From Blasia pusilla (Eukaryota), in assembly GCA_050084515.1 (NCBI GenBank), contig CM114271.1, positions 43,090,001 to 43,154,000 of the forward strand: DNA of 64,000 bases. The letters are read 5' to 3'. This document shows, in pieces, positions 13,549 through 25,857 of the stretch (position 1 is its first letter; each line of letters opens with the position of its first letter). The translations under genes were made by a program, and so were the position numbers. The notes under the pieces were generated by a model. The model searched no databases, had not been told where the DNA came from, and worked only from the letters and a program-made list of their open reading frames with translations.

Positions 13549-16500
13549 GAGAAGTTCTTTAGAATTCCATCTCATGGTAAAGCTATCTTGAGACATGTCG
13601 TTAAATATTTTTTTTCCTTGAGATGCTGCAAATAGATTTTCGTAGAGCATTTCCTTGGAGCTCAACATTGCATCATCCTCAACAGTTCGTCTCCTTAGTA
13701 AGATTTCAGCGAGAAAGGCCAGCTCGTATTCTAGTAATGATGAGTGTAGTTCAATTGTACCTAGTTCATTTCATGTACTCTTGAAAAATTATTCTCGTAG
13801 CCATAGTGCAACTTGCACAAATACTCGAGAGACGTCCACGTGTAATGTACTCCAATGACATCTTCCATTGCCTGGTAGAAACGTGAACTTGCAAAATATC
13901 CTAGTGATGAGAAAGACCAATAATCAATTTCAGAACCAGGTTCGGAAAATATGAACGCGCCAACTTTACGACTAGGGTTCACAAAATCGGGAGATGTAGA
14001 GAGCAAGGTTTTGGGACGTAGTGTCATGATGATGGAGCTTTCTCGTTATTAGTAAAGGGGAGGCAATTCAGATTTTGGAGCTAAACTTGTTTAAAATGTA
14101 GGTGGTGGCAAGGACCACAAGTCAGTTTCGTCAAAGTATTCTATTCAATGCTGCTCTAAACTTGAAGAGAGGATAAAGTAGGTGATTTACTTCTTCACAG
14201 AATCAACTATGCTGCTCTGACCAGACCGACCTTATCTTTCCCCATGAGACATGGAAGTAGAAGTTTTATCAGGATAACCGGGTCAAACTAAATTCTCGTA
14301 AAAACCCATGTCAGAGCAGGAGTCGTCCAGATTTGTCTCTATGCATCAACTGGTTAGGTTGACGGAGGACGAAGCTCTTGAATTAGGAAACTCCAGCGAA
14401 GTGCGGTTGAGGCCCATGAGGGAAAGGAAGGGGACGAAACCTAGGTGGACCACTTGTTGAAGTTCTCCACGTGCTCTATCGAGCTTCTATCCGTTCGCAA
14501 ATATTTTTATGGAATGAGGTCAGACAGTGTTTTTCGGTTGTGCCCCCACTTGAAAAATCTCTGTGCTTTTCGGAAATCTCCAGCTACTTGCGTAGTTTGT
14601 GTTCTTCCACTTGCTCATTCACGTGACGTGACGAGGTTCGCTCCTGCTGCTAACTTACTAGAAACGATGTTAGAAAGAGTTGCATTTATTTGGTTATTTA
14701 CGATCTCATATTTCGGGGAATTCCCAATGGCTGCTACTGCATTTTGTGACACTAGTGCCTTTCTAATTTTTTTTACCCGGTTTAGCTTCGAACCTATCCA
14801 GTCACGAAAAGGATGGGTAAGTGCCAAACTTGGAACTCAACAGATTGTGACCCGTAACTCGGTAGGTTAGAGCTAAGAAATTCCACAGCGGACGAAAATA
14901 ACCGGTTGCTCCAAATGATGATGATTTTTTATTTTTAGCGACGTATTTCTCACGGACCTAGTTAGACCTGTAAACTCGGTGTGCGTTTGTCTACATGTGC
15001 CATTGGGAGGGTTTCCTGTATCCATCTTTGGGTTGTGTGAAGTTATGAACTTTGGAAAGATCTTGTCTTTTTCAATCCGGGGACCTATAAAGTGGAGGTG
15101 AGTAACTGGCCCAAAGACACTAATTTTAGGGTTATGATGTTTCACTACTTTCGCTCGGCTTGAGTTTAATCTCCGTCGCATTGATTTGTAGCAAAGCGAT
15201 TTTGATTGCCTTAGTGGAAATTTCCCTTTTAGTTACCCATTAAGTACTTCCCTTAATTGACGATTCCCTCATTCATGTTGACTTATTAATGGGTTTTTTT
15301 TTAGTTGCAGGAGTGGAAAGCGGAGATAAAGGTTGTTTTGTTGCCAAGTTGATGGCGGATTTTGTTGCTAATACAACCTGGCTTCTTAAGTGGAAACTCA
15401 CTAAAGATTTGGCATATTCATATATTTCAATTTTTTAAAATGTTATGATATAAAAATAAACACTGTTCAATTGGAAGAAAATGATAGGATTTTAAGGCCA
15501 TTTGACAAATTAGACCATACCATGGTAAATATAAATGTGAGACTTGGCAAGCCGATGTGCATAGGCTTATGTACTATTAATCCAAGCCCGTGTCATGCAC
15601 AAGCTTCAATTACTTTCCATAATTAACCCTCAAAATTATCAGTTTCTTTTTAAATCAATTTTGAGTGATCTTATTGGCTCATAAGATAAGTTTGAAAGTA
15701 AAGGTTATAAGTATCAAGTGTGGAGAAGAGAAGAGTTTGCAAAATAAAAGGGCATTTTTCAATATTAATATAAATATTCTACATATTTTAGTGGTCTTAT
15801 AGCAAAGTTGCATGAAAATAGAATTGTCCCACCAATTCAATGGACAAGTCCAATAAGTCTTGTGCACGAATTTTGTTGAGACCTCGATCGTCCATGTGGG
15901 CTCGAGACATGGGAATAGTTATGGGAAGGAATCAAAAGGGCGTGAAGATTATGAGCCTTCTTCTGGCCTATAGTGAACCCGCATCGGGCTACGATAGGCT
16001 TGTGCGGGCTACTTGCGGGGGTGTGTGGGTTTAATACATGCTTGTGTGCTGCGGCCTACAAAATTGGTGATAAGAACGGTGGCAAGAACGAGCGATGGAC
16101 ATTGGACTCGAACCCTTCTATAGCCTGGTTCTATGTTGTAGGTGGGATGGGCTATGGACATGTGGACATGTCCATCCTTGAGACATACATAAACCCTCAA
16201 ACATAATTTCGGTGTGTGTAACCTTGTCTTTAAGTTATAGGTGTCACAATGTGAATAGTACTACACGTGAGAGAGGTGTCCACTAATCAAGGTGGAGGAA
16301 ATAAATTTTATAAACATTCATTGGTACAAGGAAACAAGATTTTTTGTTAGATATTTCATTTTATAAGTAGATTGAGTAGAATTAATATGATGAAGGGTAC
16401 AATATGCTCAAACTTATAAGAGCTATGGGAGAATATAAAATGTGACCAAATCACTAAAATATATAACAAGTCTTGGAGTTATAAAGTGACTTGCTCCGTC

Positions 16501-16919
16501 CGATGTCCATGCGTTCACAAAAAAAGGTTTCATTGAACCAAAACACAGAGATAATTTGACATTTGAGAATGCGCTATTGTTGCAACTCCTCGACTATTTG
16601 AATCTCCAGAATTTTTTTTCTGAAGTATTTTTCCATTTTTATTAATAGAGAAATTTAGCACATCGTGATGCAACATAAGGTTACACCATTCTAATAACAC
16701 TACATCATAAACCACCTACGTCGTATTATTACGACCCTGAGATATCTAAATCAGGACCATCAATCTAGATTTCTCCTTAGATAAGGGGGCAAATCATATT
16801 AATAATACACAACAAGAAGTGGATATTGAAAATTGAACAAACTACTTCGGAATTCAAAAATTTTGGAAATTATATTTGAGAGATTTTTTTTTGGAAATTT
16901 GAATGTTGGACTTTCTTTT

Positions 16920-18690
16920 ATGACACCCCTAACCGAAATCCTAAAATTGAATAGATCTTTCTAGACCTACGCGATAATATGTACTAAGATAAAACTTATT
17001 CTCTATTTTTCATCTTCTCCAAGTATATGATCTTCATCTAAGTTTTTCTCCACTTGCTGATGAAATTGTTTCCAACCTATTTACCAATTTTCAAGAAAAA
17101 TGGACATCTAACCCAAATCCAAAAATGAAGAGGTCTTTCTAGGTATGCACCATAAGATTTACTTAGGAAAAATTATCCTATTTATTTTTCAAATATTTCA
17201 AATGTAGGATCTTGACTTGAGATTTTTTCCAACTTTTTATGGAACTGTTTCTAACCTCCTTGAAAGTTTTCACAGAAAAAAGAAATCCAACCCAAATTAT
17301 AAACATAAAATGGTCTTTCTATACCCAGCCATTAAAGATTTATTAAGGAAAATTTTAATTTTAATTTCCTATCTTATCCAAGTATATGATCTTCACATGA
17401 AATTTTCTCCACTTGCTAATGAAAGTGTTTCCAATCTCCTAGCAAAATGTGAGGGAAAATGAAAACCCAACTCCAAGCCAAAAATTAAAGAGGTCTTCTA
17501 AGATCCCCATGATATCCTCTAAATTTTTGAATCTTATCTAAAAATATGATCTTGAATTGATATTTAGTTCGTTTTTTTCTTAAATATTTTTGAACCTTCT
17601 TACAAAATTTCATAGAAAATAGAAGTGAAACCCAAATCCGAAGAAAGAAGAGATTTTTGTAGTTGTACGTGATAAAAAAACTCACGAAAGAGTCTCTTCT
17701 ATATTTTTCATCTTCCCCAAGTATATGATCTTGATATAAAAACTTTTCCATTTGTTGAAAAAAAGGTTTCAAACCTTCTTGAGAACTTTCATGGAACATG
17801 AAAATCCAACCCAAGGCCCAAAAATGAAGATGTCTTTCTAGACTTGAGTGATCAAATTAATCAAGGAAAAACTCTCCCTTGCATATTATCTTCACTTGAA
17901 ATTTTATCTATTTTTTAGATAATTTTCTCCAACCTCCTTGAAAAATTTCAAGGAAAATAGATATTCAATCCGAGGCCTATAAATGAAGAGGTCTTTCTAG
18001 ACCCATTCAATATGATTTTCTAAGGAAAAACTATGCTTTGCGATTTTTATCTTCTCCAGAACATGATTTTTATTTGATATTTTGTCCATTTTTTCATGAA
18101 AGTTTTTTTGAACCTCCTTGCAACATTTCATAGAAAATAGGAGTCCAACCCAAATCCTAAAAATTAAGAGGTTTTTCTAAATCCATGGAAAGATTTCATG
18201 GAAAAGGAAAATCCAATCCAATCCCTTCTTGAAAGATTTCATGGAAAAGGAAAATCCAATCCAAAGCCTAAAAATAAGAGATCTCTCTAGACCAGCGCAA
18301 TAAGATTTACCAAGGAAAAGTATCCCTTGTGTTTTTCATCTTCCTCCAATAAATGATCTAGACTTTGAAGATTTTGCATTTATTGATTGAAGAATTTTCA
18401 ACCTCCTTGCAAAATTTCAAGGAAAAGAAAAATTGGACCCAAAGCCTAGAAATGAAGAGGTCTTTCTAGACTTATAGGATAAGATTTTATTAAAGAAAAC
18501 TCTCTTCTGCATTTTTTTTTCCATGTGTATTATCTTCACCTCAGATTTTATTTTTCATTTTTTGATGAAATAATTTTATATCTCCTTGCAAAATTTGAGG
18601 GAAAATGGAAATCCAACCCTAAGCCTAAAAATGGAAACGATTTTCTAGACCCATACACAAAGATTTACTAAGGAAAACCTATCCTTAAGA
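16920..18690. repeat. Degenerate satellite-like array, ~178-180-bp monomer, ~10-11 copies
   Basis: The motif AATGAAGAGGTCTTTCTAGACC recurs near 16950, 17125, 17305, 17485, 17645, 17823, 17982, 18163, 18273, 18451 and 18630. Most spacings are ~178-180 bp, with some deleted units. Confidence 0.88.
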
Positions 18691-20132
18691 CGGACAAGTT
18701 TGGACATGTCCACAGATATGGGTTCCAAGAGGTGGGACCCACACTTTTAGTCCATGATGGAAAGCAAGACAAGGATGAGAGGAGCAGTGAGGGAGGAGGG
18801 AGTGAAGGTGGAGGGGGGAAGAAATGGATGAGTATGGAACACGAAGGCAAGTAAGAGTAATGAGAAAGAAGGGTATGTGGGGCCCATATGGATAAGTCCT
18901 TCCATAGGACGGACATAAGTCCATCGACATGGACATGAACATGTCCACAGACACAAACTTTGTCCACATGCAACCTTGGTAATGATGACACATCATCATA
19001 TGATATGGACATGCCATATCAACTTGAGCAGTTGGCATATGACACATCATCAAGTGACATGGACAATAAGACAATTTATAAAACGTAGTCATTTTTTTCT
19101 CGAGTCATAACATGACTACCAACCTAGTCATGAATGAAAATATGGGTTGAGGTTGAAGTAATGGCAAATATTCCACACCATGTAATGATATATTGACAAG
19201 TGTAAAAAATTATTTAGCAGTGAGTCAAATATGACTAAAGCCCACTCATAATCATGTGACAATGACTTGAGCAATAATCACATATTGATTGAAATGATTG
19301 GCGTAGTCTTTCATTAAGTTAGTATCGAATGATTATCGAATGATTGGGTTGCCTAGTAATGAGTGCTCAAGTCATGAAATTGATGAATAACGACTAGTTG
19401 AATTATTGGATTATGACTATGTAAGTGATTGAAATGGTAATTTGGAAAACAATGACTCGAGGAGTAGTCCATTCATTTCTCATTGAGTAATTGAATGACT
19501 TGTGGAATGATTGCTATATGATTGATGTAGTCATTAACTTTATGCTTTATGGGCATAATATATGATTCTTTTGGTCATTTTGTAACGACTAATGGAATCA
19601 TTTTAAATAGAAATTGGGTGTAATATTTCACATTTATCAATGCTTCCAATAGATGTAGGAGAATTTTATGCAAAAAAAATCCCAGCAAGACAAAAGAAGG
19701 CATGAATGCCGAAAAAAAAAGTCATCAATACGAGAGCTTAAAGTAAGCAATCTATTCATTCAAGACTAAATTTAGCAAAAACAATGGACAAACCTTACAA
19801 AATCTTAGTCTATTATTTAGCACAGGAATAGTCACATCTAAAGTAAACAGAAATCATAGGGGCATGAAAATGAAAATTTGTTATAAGTAACAAAAGCATT
19901 CAAAATTTTTACCTATTTTTGTGAGGTTTTTATAGGCCAAAACAAAGAAGTCCTATTCATCTAATGCATGGCCTTTCTCAAATGCATTTCTGGCCAAATC
20001 ATGATTGATCCCAAGGCATAAAAAAAAGTTAGTTGTGGCGGATTATCTTCTTTATTGGCTAGCCACAAATCATGCTCTGGATCCAAAACTTCAGTTAGAG
20101 TGATCCGCACCATTTCCATCGGTATGTCCTTC

Positions 20133-21430
20133 TATGATACCCAAAATTTTGTAATTTTGAGATTTATATCTTTTGATTAAAGGAATGAAGACTCTATTAC
20201 GTAAACGTTGTATATACAAGACTATTTTAGATATTATGTTTGTGTATTGGAAAAATGAGTAATATTGAAATGGATCATGAAGTTCCTAGGATAAGGCAGA
20301 GAGGTGGAAAATCAAGGATTTGCCTTAGAAGAGAGGGAAATGTAACAAAGTGTAAAGACTCAGAGCGAAACTTGTAAAAGACAACAAAGCCTTATTAAGA
20401 ACCTGTTTATGAAGTGCTACGCTCTTGAAAGAAGCACAATGAAGAAGAAGAGGAAGAAGTACTTCGCTCTTGAACGAAGCGCGAAGAACGAAGCACTTGG
20501 AACAAGAGAAGGATGCATTGCTTCGTCTTCGAACCAAGAGGAAGAGCTTCGTCCTCAAGGGAAGAAGAAGAAATTTAGACTTCGCAGCGAAGCGAAGCTA
20601 AAACTCGACGTGATTTCAAGCAGCACACCGTTAGAAAAACTAGACTAGGAAGAGGCGCGACTTTTTGACCAGATAGGAAGTTATGACAGTTATGCCCAGC
20701 GGATTCATAGCAATCATAGGAAAAGATATGAGAACCATAGATCAAGGTAGTTACAAACTCTCAATAAACACTAGATTCCTAAGAGACGCTTCAGATCTTT
20801 GGACCTACTACTACCTCGGATGATATTTAAGAAGCAAGAAAGTAGCTATTCTCATCATTCTTTCACGAAGTCCTTATGCTGTAGGAATGGTCGGAGCAAG
20901 GGATTAGTACCCTTTCAAGCTTGTATACACTTTGAAGCTTTCTCATTCTTGATGGAGTAGTAAAGAACTCATTTCTTCATTCTGATGTGTGATGCATATG
21001 TCTGAGAAATCTTATTGGGTCTGCAGAGTGAGGAGTGAATCAAGAGAACACTTTCATCATTAGAATAATCAACAACAAGTTGTAAGAAATCTGTTCACTA
21101 GAGAGTAGCTTGCCTAGACGGATTGACTTCCAAAATTAGGAGAAGCCAACTTCTTGTTGAGGTCTCTGTGAGGTTCTTTGATGTTGAGTGAAGATCTACC
21201 TGAGCGTGAATTCAATTCCACTGGAGAGAATCAAAAAAAGAAATCTTGGTACTAATAAAGAGAAGAATACCCTGATAAGTGATTGAATCCAAATTGTACA
21301 CACTTAACTACAACTATTACAAGATAAATACCATCTTGAACTCTCTTTTCACATAATCGTGATCCTCTTGGGGATTGAACTCATTGAATTACTATAAAAA
21401 GATCAATTCTTATACTTCTTGTACATTACA
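20133..21430 (+). repeat. 5' LTR of gypsy element (~1.3 kb)
   Basis: Starts TATGATACCC (probably TG>TA mutated) directly after the TSD. 21337-21430 matches 25764-25857 with one mismatch in 94 bp and ends ...ATTACA. Confidence 0.85.
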
Positions 21431-21446
21431 TATAGCTACAAATTTT

Positions 21447-21464
21447 TTGCGCCACTGTCGGGGA
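21447..21464 (+). promoter_or_regulatory. Primer-binding site, tRNA-Asp type (degenerate)
   Basis: TTGCGCCACTGTCGGGGA matches 14/18 of TGGCGCCGTTGCCGGGGA, the complement of the plant tRNA-Asp 3' end used by Athila-type elements. Confidence 0.7.
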
Positions 21465-21494
21465 TCATAAGATTTGCTGAAAAGGGAGAGGCTG

Positions 21495-24400
21495 ATGGGT
21501 AACCCCGCGCCGGGGGAAAATGCCTCGTCGCCTAGGAGACCCAACCATCTAATTCTCACCGAAGACCATATCCTATCTCTAGCTATCCCCCTAAGACAAT
21601 GGATGGAAGAAGATAGTAATCTTTTTTCTGCATTAGTACTAGAGAAGATAGAACAATTAATTAGTATTGTCAAAGAACCCGTCGCCGAACGGTGCTTTGC
21701 CCATGAACGTCACTTGTACTTGGTGATGACCCAATACTTCTGTTTATGGGAGGAAAACTTGGCAGGTAGATTGAGGGCACATTCACACTCTCATAGGAAT
21801 TAGGAAGACCCAACTTTCTCTCCATGGATCGATACCATGTAGCAGTCTTGGGTGCGCAACCAAGCCCACGAATCCCATGACGGACTTATGGAAGCCTCTC
21901 GGCCATCCGCTCAAGATCAGCGAGCTGATTGACACAATAAGCAACAAGAAGATCATCTATCTTGGAGACCGCCGGGTGCCTCTCCTAGTCTTTGTCCTCG
22001 AAGGAATCCGAAGAGCAAGAAGAGGGACAGGAGTGCGCTCCCCAACACGTCTCCTGCCACTTCGCAGTTGTCGGACGAAGAGTCAATCTAGGATCCCTTT
22101 GGGGACTCGGGGGATGAAGGGTCGGATAGACCAACCAGATCTGAACCTCTACCTCCTCCTTCTCGAACATCAAGTCTGGGACCCGGAAACCGAAGTTCCC
22201 CAAAGGCTAATACTATGAAGACATTGCTAAGATATCCCATGTTTGTGGGAGGATGAAGAGATGAGGTTGACAACTTTGTGCTCGAGTTTACTCATGTAGC
22301 TAAGGCTAATGGGGAAGGCTCGGAGGAAGATTTGCTACGAGTATTCCCGGGCCTGCTAAAGAAGCGGGCAAGCCAGTGGTATGAGGGCCTGGGAGTGGAA
22401 GTCACTGAAACGTAGAAGAGGGTACTAGAGGCCTTTCTTCATGAGTTCCGGGACTTGGAGTTTGAGGACAGGCTTCTGACAAAGCTTCGTGATTTAAAAC
22501 GTAAGAAGAAGGAAACTCTTGGGGAATACACCCAGAGATTCCAAAGCCTCGTAAATAAACTCAAACACACAACTACCTTGCAATTGGTAGATTGGTTTGT
22601 GTCGGGACTATCCAAGGAAATGGACCGCTACTGCCGCTGGGGCCAACGAGATTCCTTCGAAGCAATCATTGCATCAGCAGAGGCGTATGAAGCTTCCGAG
22701 AAGTCCCGCAAAATGCAAAGACGGTGTCATCAATGGCGAGGTTCTTCCTCCGAGGACGAAGCGTCCTCTACGGATACCGAAGCCTCTACCGACGACACCA
22801 CGGTGTCCTCAGACTCCGAAGAAGATCCAAAATCCAAACAGAAGAGAAAAAGCACACACCACCGCTCTCCGAAGCGTGGACGAAAAACGAGGTCTGCAAA
22901 GCATGTCCCCTAGAGGTCTGTAAGTCCAATACAAGGGACCGCGAGGAAGGCAGGCAAGTTTGCCATTGAAGAGTTAAGTAAACAAATGGCGGAGTTGAAA
23001 GTACATCTGGCGGCCCAGAAGGACCCGAGAAGAAGACCAGTTCTGATGAGGCCCAATGTATGGTGCAGTGCCTGCGGAACCCAAGGGTATAGTGCCCAGG
23101 AGTGTCACCTTCACAGAGATCTATGTTGGATCCAGGAAGACCGAACTATGGATGAAGGATGGTATGAAGCTGAACAATGGGAAGGTTGTTATGCAATTCA
23201 AGCCATGCCAACCCCTAATCCCGGACGAAGTTCGATCCCCACGTATGTACCTCCGGAATACGGGGAACAGAGACCCCTGAGACAGATTATGGGCTCTGCG
23301 GCCTTCACGCCATCCATACAAAGGAATTTTTGTTACAATTGTGGGGTAGCCAACCATTGGGCCAATAATTTCCCAAATCCCAAGAGGCCAGTAGGACTCA
23401 ATCTGTTGTGCGGGAATTGCAAGAAGGGTGGGCACACTGCAGTGGAGTGCCCGGAGCCCAAGGTCCCGCGGTTGCTGGTCAAGTATGTAACCACCCCAGC
23501 AGCACAAACAGAGTCCCAGAATGAAGTACATGTTCAACTCGTCCGAGTGGAGGAGTTAGGGTCCCCCAAGATAAGGCGAGTTACCATTAGGGAAGAGGAG
23601 TCCGACAAAATGGCACCCAAAGAATCCTTGGAGTGGCCACGAAGTTCTTGCTGTCACCACAAGGTCCAAGATCCAGACCGCCGAGACAACCAAGATAAGA
23701 GTAGGGGTTTCGTCTTCGCGCGAAGTCAAAGACCCCAAGAAGAAAAGCGTTGACACCTTCTGCGTCGGGAAGGCCATTCTCAAAGGAGATGTTGAACCTG
23801 CCTTTGACCAAAGTCATCCCAAGTACTTCCATCAGGATGTTGAGGACCAGGTTCGCGCTCAATTCCGCCAAGAGTGAGGCCCAGAATGGGTGTCACAACA
23901 GACAGCAGAGAACTCAAGGGCAGAAATGGCCCCGGCAGTACAAGCCACCATGACGTCGCCGATGGTTTTAGAAGCCTACCACTTACTCAAGGACTTAGCA
24001 TCAAGGCCGGTGAATATCACCTTGTTACAGTTCTTAATGGATAACCTTGTTTATGGTAAAATTTTGCAGCAGTGGAAGATGAGCCGCAGGAAACCCAAGA
24101 ACTCCTCAAAGAGTCTACTAGTAGTGGATTTATTCCGTATCAAAGTTGAAGATTTGGGAGCCCCATAAGTAGAAGTTGAGATCAAGGGACACACCATTAA
24201 GAAAGTCCCATTGACTCTGGGAGTGGAATCAATATTATGACGGAACAGATAGCCCATTCTCTTGGGTACACAAAGTATGAGGCCACCGACAAATATCTAC
24301 GGTTTGCAAATCAGTCCCGGAAGCGACCGCTCAAACAACTCACTCAGATTCCAACGATGTTGGGGTGTATTATTTCTGCTGGATTACTTAGTGTTAGAGC

Positions 24401-25608
24401 CCTTGACGGCCATGGGATACCCCTTGCTGATTGGAAGGCCCTGGCTCTATGGTGCGCGAGTGACCACCGGTTGGAAAAGAAGACGGTTCACGTTCCAAGA
24501 TCCGGGCCAGGTCCTAAAAATACTCATCAAGCTTTCATAGAAATCATGACCACCTAAAGGAGAAATGCCCCCGATTGATGAGGGATAAACGTCAGACCTC
24601 CTCTACCATATACTATTTAAAGTGCTATGTAATAGATGAAGAGTCGGCATCTAGGGAACAGAGGTCAATCCGAGTGGAAGAAAAGATAGGTCATAACACA
24701 CTCCAATTTACGGAAAATATGGTTCAAGAAAAGGACTATGTACAGGTCCCAATTACGAGTTAGAAGTCCTTACGCCTCTTGGCGGAATTGTCTCTTGCCA
24801 AACTCATTAAGTATAAAAACTTTTGCTTGAGTACTTGGATGTATTGGATTCTCAACATCCACTCCTCTGAGCACCATTGATTTGATCGGCCCCCTTGTAT
24901 GAGGAGAAGCCTAGATCGATGGTTCCGACTTAGACGTCGAAGGAGTCATAGTAATATGACGTAGGTGGTTTACGGAGTAGCGTTACTAGGTTTATCTAAC
25001 CCTATATTGCATCATGGTGCAGGGCACCATGATGCAAAATTTTTCTATTAATAGAAACGAAGAAAAATAGGTAAAAACCCTAGTTTTCCCGAGTAGTCAA
25101 ATAGTCGGGAGCCGCAGCGGTAGCGCACTCTCGTATGTCGAGTTATCTCCCAGTTCAGGTTCCATCGAAGCTCTTCTGTGAGCGCACGGACGGACTAGGC
25201 CACTTTGTATCTCTAAGTTTTGTAAAGATTTCAGTGATTTAGTCACTTTCTGCTTTTCTCACAGGATGTGTTTGCGTATTCCATGGATGAAATGACAGGA
25301 ATTCTAGCACAGTATGATGAACACCAAATTGACCTAAAAGCAGGCGTTGTCCCGGTGCGGATGAGGCAGTTTCGCCTCAATCCTAAATACTCGTTGTTGG
25401 TCAAGGACGAAATTGACCAGCGTCTTGAAGCTGGAATAATTTACCCCGTGTTAAGTGCGAGTGGGTGTCTCCCATTGTAATCGTACCCAAGAAGCAAACG
25501 GGAAAATCAAGGTGTGCCAAGATTATCGGAAGTTGAATGCGGCCACCTTGAAAGACCATCATCCCCTACCCTTCACCGACAACATTTTGGACAAAGTCGC
25601 AGGCCACG
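21495..25608 (+). pseudogene. gag-pol pseudogene (gag, three CCHC-type knuckles, aspartic protease, N-terminal RT)
   Basis: Gag-like LRDLKRKKKETLGEYTQRFQSL. Knuckles CSACGTQGYSAQEC, CYNCGVANHWANNF and CGNCKKGGHTAVEC. Protease IDSGSGINIM at ~24210. RT motifs EYLDVFAYS, QFRLNPKY and VCQDYRKLNAATLKDHHPLPFTD. Many stops and frameshifts. Confidence 0.9.
24842..25263 (-). mobile_element. Short solo-LTR-like element, copy B (complete, 422 bp)
   Basis: Ends TA(TG)TTGGATTCTC...TTTTCTCACA. 5-bp TSD GGATG at 24837-24841 and 25264-25268. Excision restores the gypsy reading frame EYLDVFAYS. Confidence 0.93.
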
Positions 25609-25765
25609 GGAATAATTTACCCTGGGGTAAATTATTCCAGCTTCTAGACGCCGGTCAATTTCATCCTTGACCGCAACGAGTATTTAAGTACCCGGGGTAA
25701 ATTTTTGGATGGGTACTCGGGGTAAATTATTCCAACGTCTCAAAGTTGGAATAATTTACCCCGTG
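25609..25765. other. Templated filler DNA at deletion junction
   Basis: Patchwork of direct and inverted copies of 25382-25450 plus a short RT remnant (FLDGYSG, ~25702-25724). Confidence 0.85.
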
Positions 25766-25857
25766 AACTCTCTTTTCACATAATCGTGATCCTCTTGGGG
25801 ATCGAACTCATTGAATTACTATAAAAAGATCAATTCTTATACTTCTTGTACATTACA
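25764..25857 (+). repeat. 3' LTR remnant (last 94 bp)
   Basis: 93/94 identical to 21337-21430 and followed by TSD CCTTC. Confidence 0.92.

Larger units (their letters stand above)
20133..25857 (+). mobile_element. Ty3/gypsy LTR retrotransposon (non-chromovirus, Athila-like PBS), internally deleted
   Basis: 5-bp TSD CCTTC at 20128-20132 and 25858-25862. Removing the element restores the CACTA exon. Order is gag-PR-RT. The rest of RT, RH, INT and most of the 3' LTR are missing. Confidence 0.92.

Noticed and set aside
20326..20346. Purine tract plus TGTAAC as PPT and LTR start
   Set aside because: The TSD CCTTC and the restored CACTA exon place the element boundary at 20133.
25605..25765. CACGGG...CCCGTG segment as a MITE/Transib-like insertion
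   Set aside because: There is no TSD, and nearly all of the segment is explained as copies of 25382-25450 and RT sequence.
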